This document shows positions 1 through 13,579 of a stretch of 64,000 bases of DNA, one piece after another. The notes under the pieces were generated by a model. It had not been told where the DNA came from and did no database searches. It saw only the letters and a list, made by a program, of their open reading frames with translations. How positions within the stretch are numbered: the stretch's first letter is position 1; each line of letters begins with the position of its first letter. Origin of the DNA: Octopus vulgaris (taxonomy: Eukaryota); NCBI GenBank assembly GCA_951406725.2, contig OX597817.1, positions 153,512,001-153,576,000 of the forward strand, given 5' to 3'. The translations under genes and the position numbers were made by a program.

Positions 1-149
1 GTAATGCTAATCAAAGGTTGACTCCACGTTTCCCACAACTCCAGAATTCCCCGAACAGGATTCCAACACCTGATGTAGTTTAATGTCATAGCCAGGACAC
101 CTAATATCTTAAGAAGGATACATTGGATAATATAGTTCGAGATGCACTA

Positions 150-740
150 TCTTTTATCTTGTTTCATTCATAGAACTGTAGCCATGCTGGAGCACCGCCT
201 AGAAGGATTTAGTCGAATAAATCGACTCCACTACTTTCTTTTTAAAAAGTCTGATTATTATACAATCAGTCTCTTTTTGCCGACCCTTTAAGTTACGAGG
301 ACATAAACACACCAACACTTGTCAAGCAGTAGGTAGGGAAAAAACGTAACACAGAAGCACACATACACACAAACATATATGTTGGGCTTCCTCACATTTT
401 CCATCTGGCAGATTCATTCACATGGCATTGATCGGCTCAGAGCTAACGTAAAAGACACTTGTTCAAGGTGCCACGTAGTGGGACTGAACCCGAAACCATG
501 TGATTGCGAAGCAAGCTTTTTAACCGCACAACCATTTCTGTGCCTAAAAAACACATAACGCATACACACACATATATGCTGGGCTTCTTCACAGTTTCCA
601 TCTAGCAGATTCATTCACACGGGATTGATTGGCTCAGAGCTATAGTAAAAGACATTTGTTCAAGGTGCCACGTAGTGGGACTGAACCTGAAACCATGTGA
701 TTGCGAAGCAAGCTTTTTAACAAGCCATTTCTGTGCCTAA
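150..740 (-). mobile_element. Degenerate family-A tRNA-SINE with tandemly duplicated ~197 bp head
   Basis: Family-A motifs (gccatgctggagcaccgcc; caaggtgccacgtagtgggactgaacc). The head segment occurs twice (~361-545 and ~560-740). Confidence 0.75.
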
Positions 741-1511
741 ATAAATGACTAGACAGGATGGTCATGTTTCGGAAAGACTTTAATCATAGATCTGCTCAAT
801 TACATTAGACTTGGGGACCAAGCAATAAAGTAATAACTACAGCGGCAACAAATAAACATAACAGAGAATTAACAAATAAACAAATAAGCGAATAAACAAA
901 ATAGAAACAAACAAACAAACAGTAACCGGAGCAACAGTTGTGATAACGAAAACAATAACGTGAAAAGTGATAAGCACAAGAAACAAGAGCAATAAGGAGA
1001 GTAAAGAACATACAACACCAACGTCAGCCATATTGAAAAAAGAGAAAAATAAGGCAACGAGCGACACCAGTGGGGGTGTACGGAAGCAAGGAAAAGTAAT
1101 TAGGTTTATCAATGGCTGTTATTGCTATTATTAAACATTTCTGGTTTGACGTTTATACCACCTACAACAGCAACAAAAGCAACAATGACAACAACGGCAA
1201 CAAAACTACTAGTAGTACTACACATACGACGACGACTACCACCACCACCACCACTACCACTGCCACCATTGCTGCTGCTTCTAGCCAATGAAGGAGGATC
1301 TATGTGGTCGTTGTACCTGCTAGAAATAGCAGCCAATTTTTTCTCCATCGTACACTTTGTTGTAATAAACAATGAGAAACACGCTGGGTAACATAGTCCA
1401 AGGTATACATACAATCACTGAAAAACAAAGATATACGGGCAGGATGGTCATGGGTGGAACGTCATTGATCAGAAGACTGCTCTGTCATGGTTAATATTGG
1501 GTTAAACAAGA

Positions 1512-1557
<46 letters not shown>

Positions 1558-2049
1558 ACTACTGCTGCTGCTGCTGCTGCTATTGCAGTAGTTGTGTCCG
1601 TATGTCGTTGAAGTCAAACGATATTGGCGTGCGCGTGCAATGTGTGCGTACGTGTATGTTCATGTATGTGCGTTTGTGTGTGTATGTATATGTGTGTACG
1701 TGTGTATGTGAGTGCAAGTGTGTGTGTGTGTGTTTGTCTGTGTGCGTCTGCGTAAGTGATGGGAGGCAAAATCAGTATATAAATCCCAGTGATCAAGTGC
1801 TGATATCACACACACACACATACATGTACACACATAAACATACACACACACACACACACGCATACATGCACACATACACAAATACACTTATACTCCTTCA
1901 TTCATACGTGCATACATGCATGCATACATACACACATATGTATATATATATATATACACACACACGTATGTATGTATATACACACACACATTCATACAGT
2001 CGATACCGAGGCATACATACATACATACATACATACATACATACATACA

Positions 2050-2081
<32 letters not shown>

Positions 2082-2085
2082 CTCT

Positions 2086-2703
<618 letters not shown>

Positions 2704-3049
2704 AATACACATTAAGAACAGGAGATCCCCAACGAGTGAAAAATACGCAAACACACCATGAGAGGTAAGTACAGGACAAAATAAATGTATGTAAATATGT
2801 ATGCATGTATGTATGCATACACTCATACATTTATACACACACGCATATATAAATATACATACGTACATACACACATATTCAATTATAATAGCACACATAC
2901 CTAAACATACAATCTCTTATTATTGCTTTCCTCCCACCTCACCCAACCCCACCGCAACCCTTTGTCCATCGATCTTTGTCCAACATCTCAATCGCTTCCT
3001 ATTAATCTTAACATGTCTCCGCCTCTTTAGCCGAATAACAACTGTTACC

Positions 3050-4330
3050 AAGTTGTTATTTGTTATTGTTGTTGTTGCTGTTGATGGTATCAATGATAAT
3101 ATTGCTGCCGTTGGCGCTGTGAAAGATAATGTTGCTGTTAGTGCCTTGGAAGATAACTGTTAGGTGTTTGTTATTAATGATAGTGTTGTTGCTGGAGTTG
3201 TCAATATTAATACTGTTGGTAGTGATGGTGGTAGTTGTGTCAATGGCAATGCTGCTGTGCGTGTTGTGAATGAAAATGCTGCCGTTTGTACTGACAAAAC
3301 TAATAGTGTTGTTGTTATTGTCAATGACAGTGCTGCTACTGTTAGTGTCAATGATAATGCTGCTTCTATAGGTGCCAATGGTAATGCTGTTGCTGCTGTT
3401 GCTGTTGAGCGAACGGTCTTCGTCCCAGAGCTCGCAAGATGGGAGAAGTCCGAAACGTCGTCCTTTGCTATTCGTAAGACCCGCACCACTGGACCATTGC
3501 GCCTCCACTGCTGTCGGTGCTGTGTCAATGATAATGCTGCTGCTGTTGATGTCAATGATAATGATGCTTCTATAGGTGTCGACGATAATGCTGTTGCTGC
3601 TGTGTCGATGATAATGTTGCTGTTGGTGTTGTCAATGATAATGCTGCTTCTGATGAGTCAATGATAATGTTGCTAGTGGTGTTGTAGATGATAATGTTGC
3701 TACTAGTGGTGTCAACGATAATGCTGTTGCTGCTGTGTCGATGATAATGTTGCTGTTGGTGTTGTCAATGATAATGCTGCTTCTGATGAGTCAATGATAA
3801 TGTTGCTAGTGGTGTTGTAGATGATAATGTTGCTACTAGTGGTGTCAACGATAATGCTGTTGCTGCTGTGTCGATGATAATGTTGCTGTTGATATCATCA
3901 ATGATAATGCAGCTGTGTTTATTGCCAAAGATAATGCGGCTGTTGGCACTGTTAATGATAATGCTGCTGTTTACGTTGCCAACGATAATGTTGCTGTTTG
4001 TGCAATCAATGATAATAATGTTGCTAATGCCGCTGCTAATGATGTTGACATGATAATGCTGTTGTTGTTGATGTTTATCGATGTTCTTGATTTCGTTGTT
4101 GCTGTTGATGTTGCAATTGTTTTCCTAGTTTGTTTCAAGTGCTGCTGCTGTTGCTGCTGTTGCTGCTGATGTTGTTGTTGTTGTTGATAAGGCTTTTGGT
4201 GTTGTTGTAGCTGCTGGTGTTGTTTCTGTCATCCATGCTGACGATATTCTTGTTGCTATTGGTGTTATTGGTGTTGTTGCTATTATGTTTTCGTTGCTTA
4301 TTGTTGTTGGTGATGATGTTGCTATTGATG
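3050..4330. repeat. GTCAATGATAATGCTGCT-type minisatellite with a 133-bp higher-order unit
   Basis: Recurrent gtcaatgataatg(c/t)tgct. The unit beginning ggtgtc(g/a)acgataatgctgttgctgctgtgtcg recurs at 3575, 3708 and 3841. Confidence 0.9.
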
Positions 4331-4335
4331 TGCTC

Positions 4336-4660
4336 TTGGGGTTACTCTAACTCCTCCCACACCGTCCAACCGATTTTAAGGATTTTTGGCACATAGGTAG
4401 ATCTGTCCTGAAGTTCAAATAAGGCCGGAATTTTCAAATAAGGCCGGACAAAAAATGCAAAAGCCTCAGGAAAAATAACATCGTTATGGGAATTTTCATT
4501 CAAACGCCCGATTGAACTCACAAAAATCGATGCCAACTGAGCATTATCGAATTTTCGAAAAATTCCGGCCTTATTTGAACTTCAGAGCATATGATCTACC
4601 TATGTGCCAAAAATCATCAAAATCGTTTGGACGGTGTGGGAGGAATAAGAGTAATCCCAA
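4336..4660. mobile_element. Fold-back/MITE-like element with ~100 bp inverted arms
   Basis: 4336-4438 (ttggggttactct...aaataaggccggaatttt) is the imperfect reverse complement of ~4558-4660 (aaaattccggccttattt...agagtaatcccaa). Confidence 0.8.
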
Positions 4661-5465
4661 ACACTCACAGATATATAGGTGCCTTCTGATTCCTCCGGAA
4701 TTAAATTAAAACCTTCACCATCTCCCCTACCAAAAAATTTTACCTAAATCTCAAATTTCATTAAAATCGGATGAAAAATATAAAAGTTACAGCTCAAAAT
4801 AAAATCCCTGTGGGTATTTTCACGCAAAATGCCTATTGATTTTTATATGCCTTAGAGTCATTCATATGTTTGTCTTCAGTATCTGTGGTAATCTATCTCT
4901 CGGTCTGTTTGTCTATATGTCTGTCTTTCACCCCACCTCTTTCTCTTTCTCTCTCTTTAAAATGTTGATTGCTGTTGTCACATATTTTCTGGCGTTGCCA
5001 GTAAGAAAACGGATGACACATTTAGTTGTAGCTTCTACTCTTTGTCTATTGTTTCCGAGCTTGCTTTCCAGGTGAATGATGGCATAGTTGTGTGCAACTG
5101 CGTTTTGTCGGAAGATGTATATGTGATAACATCTGCGTATGAGGCTTGCTAATTGACTTGCAGCATGTTGTAATGTTTCTTTATGAAGATGTCAAATATT
5201 TTGAGCGTAAGTAGATTGCAGAGAAATGGAGTCGGAAATTTTGCATACATCCTAATTACTGGTAATGGTGGCTGAATGCTTGACATATGTTTGTGTGTGA
5301 AAGAAACACATAACATATAATCTTTCACTCTTTTACTTTTTTCAGTCATTTGACTGCGGTCATGCTGGAGCACCACCTTAAATGGTTTTTGTCGAAGAAA
5401 TCGACCCGAGGACTTTTTCTTTGTAAGCCTAGTACTTATTCTATCGATCTCTCTTGCCGATCTGC

Positions 5466-5775
5466 TGAGTTCAAATTCCGCCGAGGTCGACTTTGCCTTT
5501 CATCCTTTCGGGATCGATTAAATAAGTACCAGTTACGCACTGGGGTCGATATAATCGACTTAATCCGTTTGTCTGTCCTTGTTCGTTCCCTCTGTGGGTA
5601 GTAAAGAAATAGGTATTTCGTCTGTTTTTACGTTCTGAGTTCAAATTCTGCTGATGTCGACTTACTCTTTCACCCTTTCGGGGGTCGATAAATTACGTAC
5701 CAGCTGTTTACTGGGGTCGATCAAATCGACTGGCCCCATCCCCCAAAATTTCGGGCCTTGTGCCTAGAGTAGAAA
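5466..5775 (+). mobile_element. SINE family B (Meta/MESC-like central domain), partial tandem dimer
   Basis: gagttcaaattccgccgaggtcgactttgcctttcatcctttcggg...aagtaccag occurs twice and is fused to a family-A fragment (5325-5460). Confidence 0.85.
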
Positions 5776-6213
5776 ATAATTATAATAATTTTCTCTCAGT
5801 TTTCAAATTCTGATAATTTGATAGTGGTGGTACGCGTAGTGCAGAGTTGCTGGAGAGACTAGTGAATCAATCAGGCCCAAAGTACTCTAGGTTTGAATTT
5901 CTCTATTGCTTTTCTAGAGTCAGCAACAACAATCAAGTTGTTGCTGACGCTGCTGTTGTGTTCTTAGTGATATTATTGTGTCTTAGTCAAAATCACTTTC
6001 CACTAAACAGACCTATGATCAAAGTCATTTTCATCTACGACTACCCTGCCTATTATTCAGACATTGTATAATCTACAATCTACAATCCTTTCTTAGACAC
6101 ATAGTCTGATTCATGGAGATATTTTGCTGTTGTTTCTAGCTGGTCATGTGACTATAAAGAGCCTCTCTGGTGTGTCTACGGTTTGGTGATGTATGAAGTA
6201 AATAGCCAAGGTT

Positions 6214-6285
6214 TTGTTCAAGGTGGAGGTAAATATCTTGTTCAAGGTGGAGGTAAATATCTTGTTCAAGGTGGAGGTAAATATC
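6214..6285. repeat. 3 x 24-bp perfect tandem repeat
   Basis: ttgttcaaggtggaggtaaatatc repeated three times. Confidence 0.95.
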
Positions 6286-6379
6286 TTGCTATTGGTGTTT
6301 CGTCGTCTTCGTGCGAGTCTTAGCAATTTACTTTTGGAAAACAATAAGCAATTGATAAGTAAGTTTATTCGTTGACGTA

Positions 6380-6945
6380 TTAGGTTGTCCGGAATGTTCG
6401 TGCCGATTTATAGTAGCTTACCTTTCGACATATTTCAGAACATAGTTGAGTCCATAAAATAGTATTTGACTACACCTCCATTTAGAGCACAGTTTATACT
6501 ATCTTTTCGTGGAAGAAGGTTTATGTTCCTATAACCTGTGTTAATTCTGTAACCCTTTAAAATGGAAGATAAGAAAGTTCATTTTCGGCACTTGATGCTT
6601 TGGGAATCAGACAAAAATTGCTGCAGCTCGGCTGCGGTGTGTTACCCACCCGCCATATTTACCAGATATTGCTCCTTTGGATTTCCACTTATTCAGATCT
6701 CTGCAGAATAGTCTTAATGGTAAAAAATTTCAATTCCTTGGATGAGGTAAAAAGCTACCTTGATGAATTCTTTGCCATGAAACCACCTCATTTCTTGGAA
6801 GAGGGTATTTTCAAGTTAAAGGAAAGATAGAAATGCATTGTGCAACAAAATGGTTCATATTTGGTTGATTAAAAATGTAATGGCAAGTATTTATTGACCT
6901 TTTTCTTTCCTTTAAAAATCGGCACAAACTTTCCAGACAACCCAA
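6380..6945 (+). mobile_element. Internally deleted mariner transposon
   Basis: TIRs ttaggttgtccggaatgttcgtgccgattt / aaatcggcacaaactttccagacaacccaa with TA on both sides. N-terminus MEDKKVHFRHLML (ATG 6562) is joined to C-terminal HPPYLPDIAPLDFHLFRSLQNSL...EGIFKLKER*KCIVQQNGSY. Confidence 0.93.
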
Positions 6946-7270
6946 TATAAATATGTTGTCTGATGTTGTTTCTGTACTGCTGTAATGTGAACATTCTTAG
7001 AGTTATTGCCGATGCTAATTACTTTGCATCAATGCTATTAGCGTTTTACTGCTTGTTTCGTGGTTTACGCCGTATAAAATTGTTTTTTTCAGTTTTCTGT
7101 TTTCCTTTGGTGTGTAGATGGGAAGAAAGTAAACGGAGGGGACCCAGACATGAATTAATAATGAATCTAATATATTGCGTATATATCACGGCCATTATTA
7201 TTTGTTTCTATTGGCCAAATGTGGAACTTAAAGTGCTCTACATTGTTTTTATTATTGAACTTCAATACCT

Positions 7271-7501
7271 ATTTCTTTACTACCCACAAGGGGCTAAACA
7301 CAGAAGGGACAAACAAAAAAAGACAAATGGATTAAGTCGATTATATCGACCCCAGTGCGTAACTGGTACTTATTTAATCGACCCCGAAAGGATGAAAGGC
7401 AAAGTCGACCTCGGCGGAGTTTGAACTCAGAACGTAACGGCAGACGAAATACCGCTAAGCATTTCGCCCGGCGTGCTAACGTCTCTGCCAACTCGCCGCC
7501 A
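7271..7501 (-). mobile_element. SINE family B, full length with 18-bp TSD
   Basis: TSD tattgaacttcaatacct at 7253-7270 and 7502-7519. Head ggcggcgagttggcagagacgttagc...gagttcaaactcc. Confidence 0.93.
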
Positions 7502-7639
7502 TATTGAACTTCAATACCTTGCTTGCGTGGATGCTGTAAGCATTATAATTCTTAGTTAAAACTAATTCCTCATGATTCGTAGTAATTTTGTCTTTATTAA
7601 GCTTCGGCTGATAGGAATAAAATGAAAATAGTTTCTGTT

Positions 7640-7793
7640 CTGGCTGTGTGGTAAACAGTTCGCTTCACAACAACATGGTTCCCGGTTCAGTCCCAATGCG
7701 TAACAATTTGGGCAGGAATCTTCAACTATAGCTCTGAGTTGATCAATGCCTTGTGACAGGATTCGACGGACGGAAACCGAAAGAAGCCCATCG

Positions 7794-7837
<44 letters not shown>

Positions 7838-8040
7838 TATACATGTGTGTGTGTGTGAGTCTTTGTGCATGCGTTTGTTTCCCACCACCGCTTGACAACC
7901 AAGACTGGTGAGTTTACTTCCCTGTAACCTAGCGGGTCGATAAAATAGACTGATAGAATAATTACGAGGCTTTAAAAAATAATTCTTCAAGGTGGTGCAC
8001 CAGCATGGCCGCAGTTTAATGACTGAGGCAAATAAAAAAT
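7640..8040 (+). mobile_element. SINE family A, diverged
   Basis: tggctgtgtggtaa...ggttcagtccc head, internal (CA)n, and cagcatggccgcagt tail. Confidence 0.8.
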
Positions 8041-8967
8041 AAAATTTATTGTTAATGGTGTAATTTTTTGATGTTGTTGTTCATAAATTGAGACTTTCCA
8101 ACCATAGCTATCCCAACTGTTTTGTAAGACGAAATGATATATCTGGGTGGCTATGGAAGGTGAGAATCCTTAACTTTTGCTGATGTTGTTGATGCACCGT
8201 TGGGACATGCAGCGTATCTTCGGCATTTTTAAAACTGATTACATCCAGAGAGGGACAAAGAAGGAGAGAAGGAGAATCTATCCCCTATACTGACTAGCGC
8301 TTTATTTAGCGATCCCAGAATATTGAAAGATAAATATGGCCCCGGCGGGATTTGAACTTAGAACCTATAGTCCAGTGAGCTGATGTAATTTACGACGTAA
8401 ATGTGGAAGAAATATCGCTACGCATTTTTTACGGCGTGCTTACGTAACTCAGAGAGTCAATCCGGAAGAAATGCTACTGGGTATTTTGTTCGGCATGCTA
8501 ACGCTTTTCTATAAACAAACTAACTTTGGTTGTCAAGTAGTGGAAGGGGGCAAACACACATTTTTGGTCTATCTACCAAATTACTACACCAGACATCGGT
8601 CAGCCTAGGGCTGTAACTGATGACACTTACCCAAAATGCCGCGCAGTGGAGCTGAACCCGAAACCACGTTCTTGTAAAGCGAGCTCCTTAATCAGACAGC
8701 CAAGTTTGCGCCTTAATGATGATGATGATGATGATGATGATGATAATTATCTTTTCTACTATAGGTATAAAATCTGAAATTTTGTTGTGTGGGGTGTCAA
8801 TTACATCGACCCCAGTGCACAATTGGTACTTATTTTATTGACCCCGAAAAGACGAAAGGCTATGTCGACCTCGGCAAAATTTTGACTTAGAACGCAAAGA
8901 CTGAGAAAATGCCGCTAAGCATTTTACCCCACGTGCTAACACCACCACCACCAACAACAACAACAGC

Positions 8968-9031
<64 letters not shown>

Positions 9032-9032
<1 letters not shown>

Positions 9033-9529
9033 GTGTTATCACGTACATTGTTCTGTCTTGGTATAAAAGATGGGCTACAGCAAATATTCTGCTCAATACC
9101 ACAGATTTGCTTGTCAGTTGTTTGACCTTAACCAGTTGAGCATGTCCCTTAGTGGCTGACGATATGTGCATCTCTGATCACGAGCAGAAGTAGTGGGGGA
9201 GCATCATAGCCATGTGTTGAGAGGGATTCTTTGGGATTTGAATAATTCACCTCTGGAGACATGGGTGGTTTTTTCAACATCCTTAAACAACCCTTATTCA
9301 GGAACCGGTTGAGCGGGATGGGCTACTGAACCTGAAGAAAATTCTAACTGGGCCCCACCTGCAAGGTCATGTGCAGTTTATCTTGATATGAGATCACCAT
9401 GTCGCACACATATGGTTGTGATGCATGTGCCTGGTGTGCCCTTATCAGACGGGTAGTCATGATGGGTATATTGGGCTTCGTATATTTTACCCCAGTGTCA
9501 CTTTGATGGCATGAACTGCTCTCTCACTC
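9032..9529. mobile_element. ~500 bp non-coding interspersed element inserted in (TAA)n
   Basis: Complex sequence bounded sharply by (AAT)n on both sides, with no convincing ORF. Probably a non-autonomous or UTR derivative of a TAA-targeting LINE (inference). Confidence 0.6.
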
Positions 9530-9560
9530 AATAATAATAATAGTAATAATAATAATAATA

Positions 9561-9603
<43 letters not shown>

Positions 9604-9611
9604 GTTTCAAA

Positions 9612-9928
9612 AGTTAGTACTTATTTTATTAACCCCGAAAAGGATGAAAGGTGAAGTCAATCTCATTCGAACTCAGACCGTAACGACGGGCGAAATACCT
9701 ATTTCTATTTCTTTACTACCCACAAGAGGCTAAACACAGAGAGGACAAACAGGGGCAGACAAACGGATTAAGTCGATTACATCGACCCTAGTGCGTAACT
9801 GGTACTTATTTAATCGACCCCGAAAGGATGAAAGGCAAAATCGACCTCGGCGGAATTTGAACTCAGAACGTAGCGGCAGACGAAATACCGCTAAGAATTT
9901 CGTCCAGTGTGCTAACGTTTCTTCCAGT
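9612..9928 (-). mobile_element. SINE family B, partial tandem
   Basis: cgaccccgaaaggatgaaaggcaaa domain plus a preceding partial copy. Another copy lies at ~8750-8940. Confidence 0.85.
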
Positions 9929-10043
9929 TCACATTGGTTGACGGAAATGGTGAGAAGCCCATTTTGCATAATACATACGTACATACATACATACATACAG
10001 ACATACATACATACATACATACATACATACATACATACACACA

Positions 10044-10122
<79 letters not shown>

Positions 10123-11463
10123 AATAATAAAAGGGTAAAATTAATTAATTATTAATTAATAATTTTACCAAGTAGTGTTCAGTATGTAAAAAGACCATTT
10201 ACGGTATATTTAAAACATTACGTTATATTTAAATATATAATTATATAATTATATAACGTAATATATATATATATATAAATGCATATATATATACAGCATA
10301 TATACATATATATATATACAAATATATATACATGTATATAATTATACATATACATATATTTTTATGTATGTATGCATCTACCTATATATATATATATATG
10401 AATTTGTGTGTATGTATGTATATATATAAAACTGTATATGCATAGATAAGTAGATAGATATTTGTGCAAACACATACACACACACACGCGCATGTATGTA
10501 TGTACTTACACACGCACGTACGTATGTATCTATGCATGTATTATGTGTTTATATGTGCGCGTGTGAGTGTGCATGCGTGCTCGTGAGTGTGTGTGTGTGT
10601 GTGTGTATGTGTGTGCGTATATGTGTTCGTGTGTGATGTGTGCGTGTCTGTTAACATGCAAATACTTAAGTGCATGTCTAAATTTGTATACGTATCAAGG
10701 TGGGCGTAGGAGTGGCGAGATTACATTGACAGAGTATAAAAACTTTGACAGCAGAAATACTGCTTAGAGAACCAGTCAAAAATAGAGTGGCATCTAAGAG
10801 GATTGAACCATGATGGATGGGATCCTTTTGACAAGTAGACCAAAAATATACTGCATAAGTTAGACAGGAATTAAAGCCCATACAGCGTATGTCAATAAAA
10901 GAAATATCTTCTTTTCTGCATGGTTGTCTTGTATCAGTTTTGTAGCTTGATCAGGAACCTTTCCTACTTAGAGATGTAAAGGAATTTAAAAAGATGGTGT
11001 TTGGCTGCAGTTCTTGTTATTATCTACCAGAATTCAGAGCGGCTTATTAGCAAAATCTTGTGGCTATGCTGGAGCACTGCCTTGTAGGATTTAGCAAACA
11101 AATCGATCCTAGTACTTGTTTTTCGATTTGGCACTTATTTTTTTTTTTTGTAACGGTTCGTTTTGCCGAACCGCTATGTTTTGATGACGAAAAAAAACAA
11201 CCAACATTGGTTGCCAAACGGGAGGGTTGGAGTGACAAACGCAAAGAACTCACATACACGTACGTACATACATATATGCATACATGCATATACGCATATA
11301 TACACATGTACATATATATATATAACACATATACATATAAACACGCACGCACGCACATACACACATACACACATACACACATACACAAATATAGATAGAT
11401 ATGTGTGAACGCACGTCTGTGTGTGCATATATATATGCGTCTTACTACATGCATGTATGAGTG

Positions 11464-11549
<86 letters not shown>

Positions 11550-11771
11550 CAAAGAAATTCCAACTCAGTTTTTTATGTTATATTTATATTCTTTATAATA
11601 TTAATGTAGAATATAGAATATATAGTATAAAAAGTAGTATAATGAAATGAAGAATTGATTGTCTTATTGAATAGATGAAATAGTGAATATCAAATATTAA
11701 AGGACTAGTATACTCTCTTGCATTAATTAGTCTTCAAGGTCCCAGGTTGTGACAGGATATATATATATACA

Positions 11772-11833
<62 letters not shown>

Positions 11834-12161
11834 ATTGCATTGTATTTGTGTAACATTGTAACATTCTCCGTTTTTTTTTCCATCCTTGTTTGCGTATACA
11901 TTTGTTGCTTTCTTCCAAGGAATCTAATGCTCTTGGGTTAGTTTTTCCTTAGGGCTGGTCAGATAGGAGCAATCTCGAGTATAACCAGCCGAAATTGCAA
12001 AGATGATGTGGAACTCAACTGAGGATAGAAAACTCCGAATGACCCGTCCTTGTTTTCTTTGTATCTTCACTCTGCATGTTTTGATGTCCCATTTTTGTAT
12101 CACCTAACTGTCTGGATGATTTGCGTTCTTGTCCCATTTTTGTATTTTTTTGTATATAAAA

Positions 12162-12197
<36 letters not shown>

Positions 12198-12639
12198 GTT
12201 TTTTGGCTATTTTGCACGGGCGGGTAGCACGAAAACAGCTACTCGGTGAACCATGCCATACAGACATTGGAGCTTGGCGCAGGCTGCTGCTCACCGAAAC
12301 CTATGAAACCATTCAGCTTACGGCCAGCAGGGAAAATGGACGTTACATGATGATGATAATGATGATTTAACATTCAAGTAGATACGTTGATGTAATCGAT
12401 GGTAACCCTACAACCATATGTGTGGCCTTGTGCCAATGTTAGAAATCGATAATGAAATCAATTGGCCAAATTAGTAGAGGGTTGGACAAGTCCTGTGGAA
12501 TACCGAGTTTGGTTTTAACCTCTCTTGGAACGCTACCACTTAGTACCATTGAAATTTTTGGGTATGTCTAATCGATTATGAAATACTCTAAATATGTTGA
12601 CTTGTTTCTTATCATTCCATATTTTAAACGACTGCATAC

Positions 12640-12880
12640 GTGTTGAAGGAAATTTTACCGTTATTTCTCGTGGTCAGTCTTTATTTAAAATTATAACACA
12701 TGATTTCAGGGAAGATTGACCGCTATTTCTCGTAGGTTAGTCTTTATTTTAAAACATGACCTATGATTTGAGGGAAATTTAGTTGATATTTCCCGTAGGT
12801 CAATCGTTACTTAAAACGATAGCTTATGAGTTTGGGGAGATATGTCTGTTATTTATCATAGTTAAAATGACTATATACGA
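12640..12880. repeat. 4 x ~61-bp degenerate minisatellite
   Basis: Unit resembles tgatttgagggaaatttagctgctatttctcgtaggtcagtc. Related single copies of the gctgctatttctag motif lie at ~1320, ~6125 and ~40855. Confidence 0.7.
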
Positions 12881-13480
12881 ACTTCCTTTCAGATAGTTTT
12901 TAAACTGTATTGGAGAAATATTTAATGGTTGTTCTGCCATAGGTATGCACTGATTCAATTCAGCTATGATTAAAGGCTTTCCATCAATGACCACCAAATT
13001 ACGTTTTCAGTAAGAGTGTATTTAGAAGTAAACTATTCGATGGATATACATCGCTAGTGGATATAGCGCTTGTGTGTCATAATGTACCGACCTGGTTGTG
13101 TGGTCAAGAAACTTGCTTTCCAACCATGTGACCTTGGTTTCAATTCAATCGCACAATATCATGGATAAATGTATTTTACTGTAGCCTCGGGCCGACCAAA
13201 AATGCATCAGGGTATTTAGCAAAAGTTAAACTTAGTTTGACGCTTGGGAAAGTGAGCAAGTTTCTTACGTTTCGAGCCTACGCTCTTCAACAGAAAGGAA
13301 CACGAGGAAATAAGCAGAGAGAGAATAAAAAAAAAGTTGTAGATTTAGCAACTGGTTGGAAAAAGGTAGTTGGCAGGAGAGGTGGGAAGAAGGGAGATAA
13401 TAAAGTACTGGTGATACCAAAACGAAGGTGTGCGTGTGTGTATGTGAGAGTGTGTAAGTGTGCGTGTATATATATATATG

Positions 13481-13515
<35 letters not shown>

Positions 13516-13579
13516 TTGTTTGTGTGTGTGTGTATGTATGTGTGTGTGTGTGTGTGTGTGCGTGTATTATATATATGTC

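Noticed and set aside
1109-1414. ORFs resembling a membrane or signal-peptide protein (both strands)
   Set aside because: They are built from trinucleotide low-complexity sequence plus a repeat motif (ctagaaatagcagccaa) found elsewhere in the window. No domain or splice support.
2755-2775. Perfect splice donor GAG|GTAAGT
   Set aside because: There is no upstream acceptor or exon, only a (TA)n run. Expected by chance.
3056-3664. Overlapping 130-166 aa ORFs on both strands
   Set aside because: Products of a triplet-based minisatellite with no recognisable domain.
3648-3800. CTGATGA-gtcaatgat in the minisatellite as a hammerhead
   Set aside because: No GAAA or stem III follows.
11950-12053. 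ggctggt...accagcc-GAAA stem and CTGAGGA...GAAT motif in a TA-flanked island
   Set aside because: The core and stems do not assemble into one consistent hammerhead, so it is too degenerate to call.
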